This document shows positions 58,654-64,000 of a stretch of 64,000 nt of DNA, piece after piece. The position numbers and the translations under genes were made by a program. Origin of the DNA: an uncultured Gemmatimonadales bacterium (GTDB lineage: Bacteria; Gemmatimonadota; Gemmatimonadetes; Longimicrobiales; Longimicrobiaceae). Each line of letters opens with the position of its first letter. Positions within the stretch are counted from its first letter, which is position 1. Below the pieces are notes generated by a model. It was not told the DNA's origin. It made no database searches and saw only the letters and a list, made by a program, of their open reading frames with translations. The DNA is taken from contig OY970303.1 of NCBI GenBank assembly GCA_963716255.1, positions 1,216,001-1,280,000 on the forward strand, read 5' to 3'.

Positions 58654-61600
58654 TCAGCTCCCCGCGGCCGGGCTGCGTCCCCCGGCGGCGGGCTTGGCCT
58701 CCACCGTGTTGTCGTCGGCGTGCTGGTCCAGCAGCTTGTGGTACGGGTCGACTCCGGCGCTGGCGGGCTGCCGGGGCACCACCACGCGGATCCGCTGCGT
58801 CCCCGTGCCGATGCGATGCTTCTGCAGGTACAGCACCGGCCCCGCCTCCCTGGGCTTGCCCTCGGGCGCCGCGGCGAACACCCCCACGTCCACCAGGTCG
58901 TTCATCCGCACCGGCCCCTCGTTGCCCAGGCTGTCCGCGCGGATCTTGTTCCCCTCCACCTCCACCACCACCTCGTAGCGCCCGTCGGGGAGCCGCGTGT
59001 ACGACGCGGAGCGCGTCCGGTTGCCGTACATGGTGATGGTCTCGAACAGGTCCGTCAGCACGTACCGCAGCGAGTCCGGCGTGGCTTCCTGGAGGTACCG
59101 GTAGAACTCCAGCGAATTGGTGTACGGGGGCTCCTGGAAGCGCGTGGCGGCCAGGTACTTCGCGATCGCCCCGTTGAGCCGCGCCTCGCCCAGGTAGTCG
59201 CGGAGCGCGTACATGGCCACGGAGCCCTTGTTGTAGTGGATGTACTGCTGGTTCTCCACCAGGAGCAGCGGCATCTCCTTCTTGCGCTCCGTGCTCCGCC
59301 CGCTGAAGTAGTTGTCCATCTCGTACTTCAGGAACTTCCTCATGTGCTCGCGCCCGTACTCCTTCTCCATCACCATCATGGCGGAGTACTGCGCGAGCGT
59401 TTCCGACATCAGGGTGGAGCCCTGCACGTTGCCGCCGATCACCTGGTGCGCCCACCACTGGTGCGCGACCTCGTGCGCGGTCACGTACAGCGGGTAGTCC
59501 ACGTCCTCCTCGTCGTCCACGCGCGCGATGAACCCGATCCCCTCCGAATACGGGATGGTGTTGGGAAACGACTGCGCGAAGCTCGCGTAGCGCGGGAACT
59601 CCAGGATCCGCACCTGCCGGTGCTGGTAGGGCCCGAAGCTGGCCGTGAAGTAGGCCAGCGACTTCTTCACCGCGTAGATCATCCGGTCCACGTTGTACTC
59701 GTGGCCGGGATGGTGGTACACCTCGATCGCCACCGTCCGCCCGTCGGGCGCCTGCCAGCGGTCGCGCTTGACCACGTACCGCGCCGACAGGAAAGAGTAG
59801 AAGTTCAGGATCGGCGCGTCCATGCGGTAGTGGAAGTAGCGCCGGCCGCCCTGCCTCCACTCGCGCTGCAGGTACCCCGGCGCGATGGCGATCTGGTCAG
59901 GGCTGGTGCTCACCGTCGCCTCGAAGTCCACCCAGTCCGCGTCGCGCGAGATGTAGGTGTTCCTCCGCGCCGCGGTGTCGGTCACCGCGGCCATGCGCGG
60001 CCTGGGCTTCAGGCCGAACTTGCGGCGCGTGTCGTCGTCGCCCAGCTCCCCGTCGTCCGCGTAGCCGAAGCTGGGAAGGATGCCGCTGTCGAAGAAGGTG
60101 CCGTTGCGGACCACGCGCGTGTTGGACACGCTGTTCTCGAACCCCTCGCTGCCGTAGTCCACCTCCCAGTCCAGCTTCAGCGAGTCGCCGGGCTGAAGCG
60201 GCGTGGCCAGCCGGTAGATGTAGTACGAGTGGTCCTCGTCGCTCAGCACGCGCGTGGCGGGCCGGCTGAACGCCAGCTTCCGGATGTCCACGTCGTTGGG
60301 GACGATGACGTGCAGCGAGTCCAGCGGGACCGTGGTCTTGTTGCGCAGCCGGTACTCGCCGCGGATCCGCGCCCGCGACTCCTCCGGGAAGATGTCGGTC
60401 CACACCCGCACCCCCACCACGCGGGGCTGCGGAGCGTCCTGGAAGCGCTTGTACAGCTTTTCGTACTCCGCCCGCGTCTCCTGCCCCTCGCGGGAGGTGG
60501 TGTACTCGTTGACGATGTTGGTGTTGTAGAAGATGAACCCGCCGAGCCCCACCACCAGCGCGCCCGCGACGGTCGTGGCGGCCAGGGCAGGGCGCTGGAA
60601 GCGGAAACGGGCCAGCCGCGTGCGCCACCCCATGCGCGTCTCCTGCCCGCGCACCCAGAACAGGTTGGTGAGCACCGCCAGCAGGACCGCCCACGCCACC
60701 CAGTACGACTTGAACCAGCCCCAGGGCTCCAGCCAGGGCCCGTAGGTGTTCATGTCGGAGTAGGTCCCCGTGGTCCCGGAGCTGTACCGGTAGAGGTTGT
60801 GCTCCAGCCCGAACTGGCTCATCAGGCCGCTGAACACGAAGTACAGGATCACCATGAGGTGGCCCATGTACTTGTGGTTCACCAGCACGTGCACCAGCAT
60901 CACGAACACGCAGAGGAGGAGCTGGCTCAGCAGGGCGGTCCCGAACAGCGTCTTCAGGTACAGCCCCAGCTCGAAGTTGTAATATCCCTTGGCCGCCTGC
61001 GTCGCGATCCCCGTCACCAGCAGCACGGCCTGAAGCACCACCACCACGAACGCCATGGCCGTCAGCTTCCCGGCGAAGGGCACCCAGGTGGGGACGGGGG
61101 TGGCGTCCTGCACCTGCTGGAGGCGCACGTCGCGCTCCTGCCACACCAGCTCGCCCGTGTAGAAGGTGATGATGATCAGCAGGAAGAGCGCGAAGCTGGC
61201 GTCCAGCATCCCCAGCACCTGGTAGGTGACCGGCCAGGTGTTGGTGCCGTACATCTTCCCCACTTCCTGCGCCGTGATGGCCATGAACAGCAGCGCCGCC
61301 GCCAGGATCGCGTAGAAGTAGCGGTTCCCCACGATGCTCCAGAACGACCGCCGCGCCACCGAGCGGTACTGGGCGAGCTGTGCCCCGAAGCCGAAGTCGC
61401 GTGTCGGCACCGGCAGGGCGATCCGGCGCGGGGCCGCGTACGGCGCGCGGGCGGCCTCCTCCTGGACGATCTTCTTCCGCGAGGAGCGCTCCGCGGCCAC
61501 GTGCGTGAAGCGGAAGCGCGTGTACACCAGCGCGAACACCGCCACCCCCGCCGCCAGCCAGAGCAGGCGGTTCCACAGGAAGATGCCCTCCAGCGGAAGG

Positions 61601-62325
61601 AGCAGCTCGTTGCGCTGGGCCGGGCTCCAGTACTTGGTCGCCAGCGAGATGGCGTTTCCGCCGAAGGGATCGAGAAGCGCCGCCGTGCGCTCGTTCTCCA
61701 GGTCGCTCATCAGCGTCCCGGCCAGCAGGTAGCCGAACACCAGCACCACCCCGCCGATGTAGTTGGGGAGCATCTGCCGGGTGAAGGCCGCCAGCGCGAA
61801 GAAGACCGCCCCGGTCAGGAGCAGCGTGGGGAGCACCACCACCAGGTAGGGCTGGAAGTACCCCGCCAGCTCGAACGCCCCGAAGCGGGCCCGGTCCGTG
61901 CCGGGGAACACGGCCCCCGCCATGAGCCCCAGCGGGATGCTCAGCATCACCAGCGCGTTCACCAGCAGCGCGCCGGTGAAGCGGCCGCCCAGGTACGAGA
62001 AGCGGGTGATGGGCGCGGTGAAGAACAGCGGGTGGATGACCGCCTCGTAGTCGCGGTACACCGAGTTCCCCAGCAGCGCCGCCGTGACGATGACCCCGAA
62101 CAGCGTCAGGGCGACGGTGAGCTGCAGCGTCACGTAGGGCGAGTCCACCTTGATGTTGCCGCCGCTCCCGCCGAACGACACGGTCGCGCTTTCCCACATC
62201 CCCCCCGCCATCAGTACCAGAAGCAGCGCGATGCCGAAGAAGATGAGGAAGTAGACCCAGGTGGAGATCCGCCGCAGGTAGTAGCTCAGCTCGAAGCGTA
62301 CGGTCTCCAGGAAGGGCCCGCTCAC
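58654..62325 (-). CDS. ABC-2 permease / M1 aminopeptidase fusion
   Basis: Two multi-TM permease blocks, then FAQSF, HEVAHQWW..SETLAQY and YNKG peptidase M1 motifs. Confidence 0.88.
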   Translation of the reverse strand: MSGPFLETVRFELSYYLRRISTWVYFLIFFGIALLLVLMAGGMWESATVSFGGSGGNIKVDSPYVTLQLTVALTLFGVIVTAALLGNSVYRDYEAVIHPLFFTAPITRFSYLGGRFTGALLVNALVMLSIPLGLMAGAVFPGTDRARFGAFELAGYFQPYLVVVLPTLLLTGAVFFALAAFTRQMLPNYIGGVVLVFGYLLAGTLMSDLENERTAALLDPFGGNAISLATKYWSPAQRNELLLPLEGIFLWNRLLWLAAGVAVFALVYTRFRFTHVAAERSSRKKIVQEEAARAPYAAPRRIALPVPTRDFGFGAQLAQYRSVARRSFWSIVGNRYFYAILAAALLFMAITAQEVGKMYGTNTWPVTYQVLGMLDASFALFLLIIITFYTGELVWQERDVRLQQVQDATPVPTWVPFAGKLTAMAFVVVVLQAVLLVTGIATQAAKGYYNFELGLYLKTLFGTALLSQLLLCVFVMLVHVLVNHKYMGHLMVILYFVFSGLMSQFGLEHNLYRYSSGTTGTYSDMNTYGPWLEPWGWFKSYWVAWAVLLAVLTNLFWVRGQETRMGWRTRLARFRFQRPALAATTVAGALVVGLGGFIFYNTNIVNEYTTSREGQETRAEYEKLYKRFQDAPQPRVVGVRVWTDIFPEESRARIRGEYRLRNKTTVPLDSLHVIVPNDVDIRKLAFSRPATRVLSDEDHSYYIYRLATPLQPGDSLKLDWEVDYGSEGFENSVSNTRVVRNGTFFDSGILPSFGYADDGELGDDDTRRKFGLKPRPRMAAVTDTAARRNTYISRDADWVDFEATVSTSPDQIAIAPGYLQREWRQGGRRYFHYRMDAPILNFYSFLSARYVVKRDRWQAPDGRTVAIEVYHHPGHEYNVDRMIYAVKKSLAYFTASFGPYQHRQVRILEFPRYASFAQSFPNTIPYSEGIGFIARVDDEEDVDYPLYVTAHEVAHQWWAHQVIGGNVQGSTLMSETLAQYSAMMVMEKEYGREHMRKFLKYEMDNYFSGRSTERKKEMPLLLVENQQYIHYNKGSVAMYALRDYLGEARLNGAIAKYLAATRFQEPPYTNSLEFYRYLQEATPDSLRYVLTDLFETITMYGNRTRSASYTRLPDGRYEVVVEVEGNKIRADSLGNEGPVRMNDLVDVGVFAAAPEGKPREAGPVLYLQKHRIGTGTQRIRVVVPRQPASAGVDPYHKLLDQHADDNTVEAKPAAGGRSPAAGS

Positions 62326-63233
62326 GAGGCCGCCTCGGCGCCCGAGAGCGACGCCTCCTGCGCGTGGAGCCCGGCCATGGCCGTGAAGTACACGTCCTCC
62401 AGCGTGGCCTCCACCGCGTCGAACGACGCGTCCGGCCGCTCGGCGGCGTGCACGTGGACCACCGTGCGCCCGGCGAAGAGCCGGGTGGAGATCACCCGGT
62501 GACCCGCCTCGTACGCCGCCAGCTCGTCCTTTTCAACGATCTTCTTCCACACCTTGCCCTGCAGCGATTCGATGGCCGCCAGCGGCTCCGCCTCCAGCAG
62601 GATGCGGCCGCGGTTGATGATCGCCATGCGCCGGCACAGCTCGCTCACGTCCTCCACGATGTGAGTGGAAAGGATCACCACCGCGCTCTCGCCCAGCTCG
62701 CTGAGCAGGTTCAGGAAGCGCACCCGCTCCGCCGGGTCCAGCCCCGCCGTGGGCTCGTCCACGATGATCAGCCTGGGGTTCCCCAGCAGCGCCACCGCGA
62801 TTCCGAAGCGCTGCCGCATCCCCCCCGAGAAGCCGCCCAGCTTCTTCTTGCGGACGTCGTACAGGTTGGTCTGCTCCAGCAGCGCCCGGACCGTCTCGTT
62901 CCGCTGGCGCCGGTCCACGATCCCCTTGAGCACGGCGAAGTGGTCCAGCAGGTCCTCCGCCGAGACCTTTGGGTACACGCCGAACTCCTGCGGCAGGTAG
63001 CCCAGCGTCCGACGCAGCTCGTCCTTCTGGCGGAGCACGTCGATGGTGCCCAGCGTGGCGGAGCCGGAATCCGCCTCCTGGAGGGTGGCGAGCGTCCGCA
63101 TCAGGGTGGACTTCCCGGCCCCGTTGGGGCCCAGCAGGCCGAACATCCCCTGCGGGATGGTGAGCGAGACGTCGTCCAGGGCGCGCACGCCGTTGGGGTA
63201 CGTCTTCGACAGGTTCTCGATGACCAGTTGCAT
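62322..63233 (-). CDS. ABC transporter ATP-binding protein
   Basis: GPNGAGKST, FSGGMRQR, DEPTAGLD. Confidence 0.95.
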   Translation of the reverse strand: MQLVIENLSKTYPNGVRALDDVSLTIPQGMFGLLGPNGAGKSTLMRTLATLQEADSGSATLGTIDVLRQKDELRRTLGYLPQEFGVYPKVSAEDLLDHFAVLKGIVDRRQRNETVRALLEQTNLYDVRKKKLGGFSGGMRQRFGIAVALLGNPRLIIVDEPTAGLDPAERVRFLNLLSELGESAVVILSTHIVEDVSELCRRMAIINRGRILLEAEPLAAIESLQGKVWKKIVEKDELAAYEAGHRVISTRLFAGRTVVHVHAAERPDASFDAVEATLEDVYFTAMAGLHAQEASLSGAEAAS

Positions 63234-63325
63234 GGCTCGGGCAGGATGGGGTGCGGGAAGGGAGCGGGTCGGTGCCCTGGCGTACGGGCAGCACGAGCCG
63301 GGTGTTTCAGGCGGTGTGTGCAGGC

Positions 63326-63354
63326 ATCATAGCATCAATACAACAAAACGTCAA
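63326..63354 (-). promoter_or_regulatory. Sigma70-like promoter of the ABC/M1 operon
   Basis: TTGACG-N17-TATGAT with an extended -10 TG. Confidence 0.7.
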
Positions 63355-63379
63355 CGAAATTTAACGGACGGCGGGGTTC

Positions 63380-63512
63380 GGGCGTGTCCCCGGCTGGCGC
63401 CGGGGTCGGGCTTCGGCTCCGTAAGCCCGCAAACAACGCGGGCTAACGGAGTCGAGCCCCGGCGGAAACAGCCCCGCCGGGTCTCGCCCCTTCGGGCCGA
63501 AATCCCTCACGC
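63380..63512 (+). repeat. Structured repeat family A, copy 6
   Basis: Direct alignment with the other copies. Confidence 0.92.
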
Positions 63513-63556
63513 AGCTCCGCGCTGGCGTCGGCGGCGCCGCTGCCCGGAACGGCCGG

Positions 63557-64000
63557 TCAGCTCCCGGTCCACATCAGGTCGGCGACCACCGGGCGGTGGT
63601 CGGAGCCCACGTCGGGGCCCACCCAGGCACGGTCCACGCGCCAGCCGGGGCCGGCGAGCACGTGGTCGATGCGCACGCGGATCCAGCCGTTGAAGCGGGT
63701 GAACCCGAAGCCGCGGCCCGCGCGCGAGAAGGCGTTGGTGAAGCCGCCCCACGACTCGCGGTAGATGCGGCTTTCCACCGGGAGGTTGAAGTCCCCCGCG
63801 ACGAGCAGGGGCATCTGCCCCTGCACGATCCAGCGCGAGGCGACGCGCGACTCGATCCCGCGCGAGATGGCGTTGGACAGCACGCGGTCCCCGCCGCTGC
63901 CCCGGAGGACGCCCTCCAGCCCCTTGCGCGGCGTCTCCAGGTGCAGGTTCACCAGCTGCACCGGGCCGCCCGGCGCGTCCAGCGTGTAGCGCGCCGCCGC
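63557..64000 (-). CDS. Endonuclease/exonuclease/phosphatase-family protein, C-terminal part
   Basis: NLHL, AGDFN, RIDHVL and GSDHRPV motifs; start lies outside the window. Confidence 0.88.
   Translation of the reverse strand, partial: AAARYTLDAPGGPVQLVNLHLETPRKGLEGVLRGSGGDRVLSNAISRGIESRVASRWIVQGQMPLLVAGDFNLPVESRIYRESWGGFTNAFSRAGRGFGFTRFNGWIRVRIDHVLAGPGWRVDRAWVGPDVGSDHRPVVADLMWTGS

Overview
A very GC-rich bacterial chromosomal window. Gene content (PEP-CTERM protein, bshB1, LPS genes, dnaX-ybaB-recR-mglBA) suggests Gemmatimonadota, possibly Longimicrobium-like; this is inference. The backbone is housekeeping: a YknWXYZ/MacAB-TolC-type exporter, bshB1, cysteine desulfurase-mnmA, dnaJ-grpE, pgsA, mglAB, recR-ybaB-dnaX, yraN-aroF, smc, rsfS, rplI-rpsR-rpsF, LPS core genes, an amidohydrolase, a BrnT/BrnA toxin-antitoxin pair and an ABC permease-M1 peptidase fusion. 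Three accessory layers stand out. (1) At 41.67-44.03 kb there is a tandem array of eight ~70-aa paralogous secreted peptides. They share a conserved leader (invariant Cys13/Gly16) and have hypervariable mature regions on a fixed 4-Cys scaffold, a conotoxin/defensin-like design; this is the best candidate for an undescribed system. (2) Two families of dispersed structured repeats (six copies of ~130 bp, three of ~160 bp) show compensatory stem changes and share a GAGCC-stem-AAACWGCC-stem-GTCTC hairpin. (3) At 11.8-26.6 kb there is a surface-adhesin locus with two c-di-GMP-I riboswitches, module-shuffled Ig-like/beta-helix proteins (one frameshifted in a C5 tract), a PEP-CTERM protein and three tail-collar paralogues. 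No rRNA, tRNA, CRISPR array or transposase was recognised. Most long ORFs in the supplied track are high-GC shadow frames.
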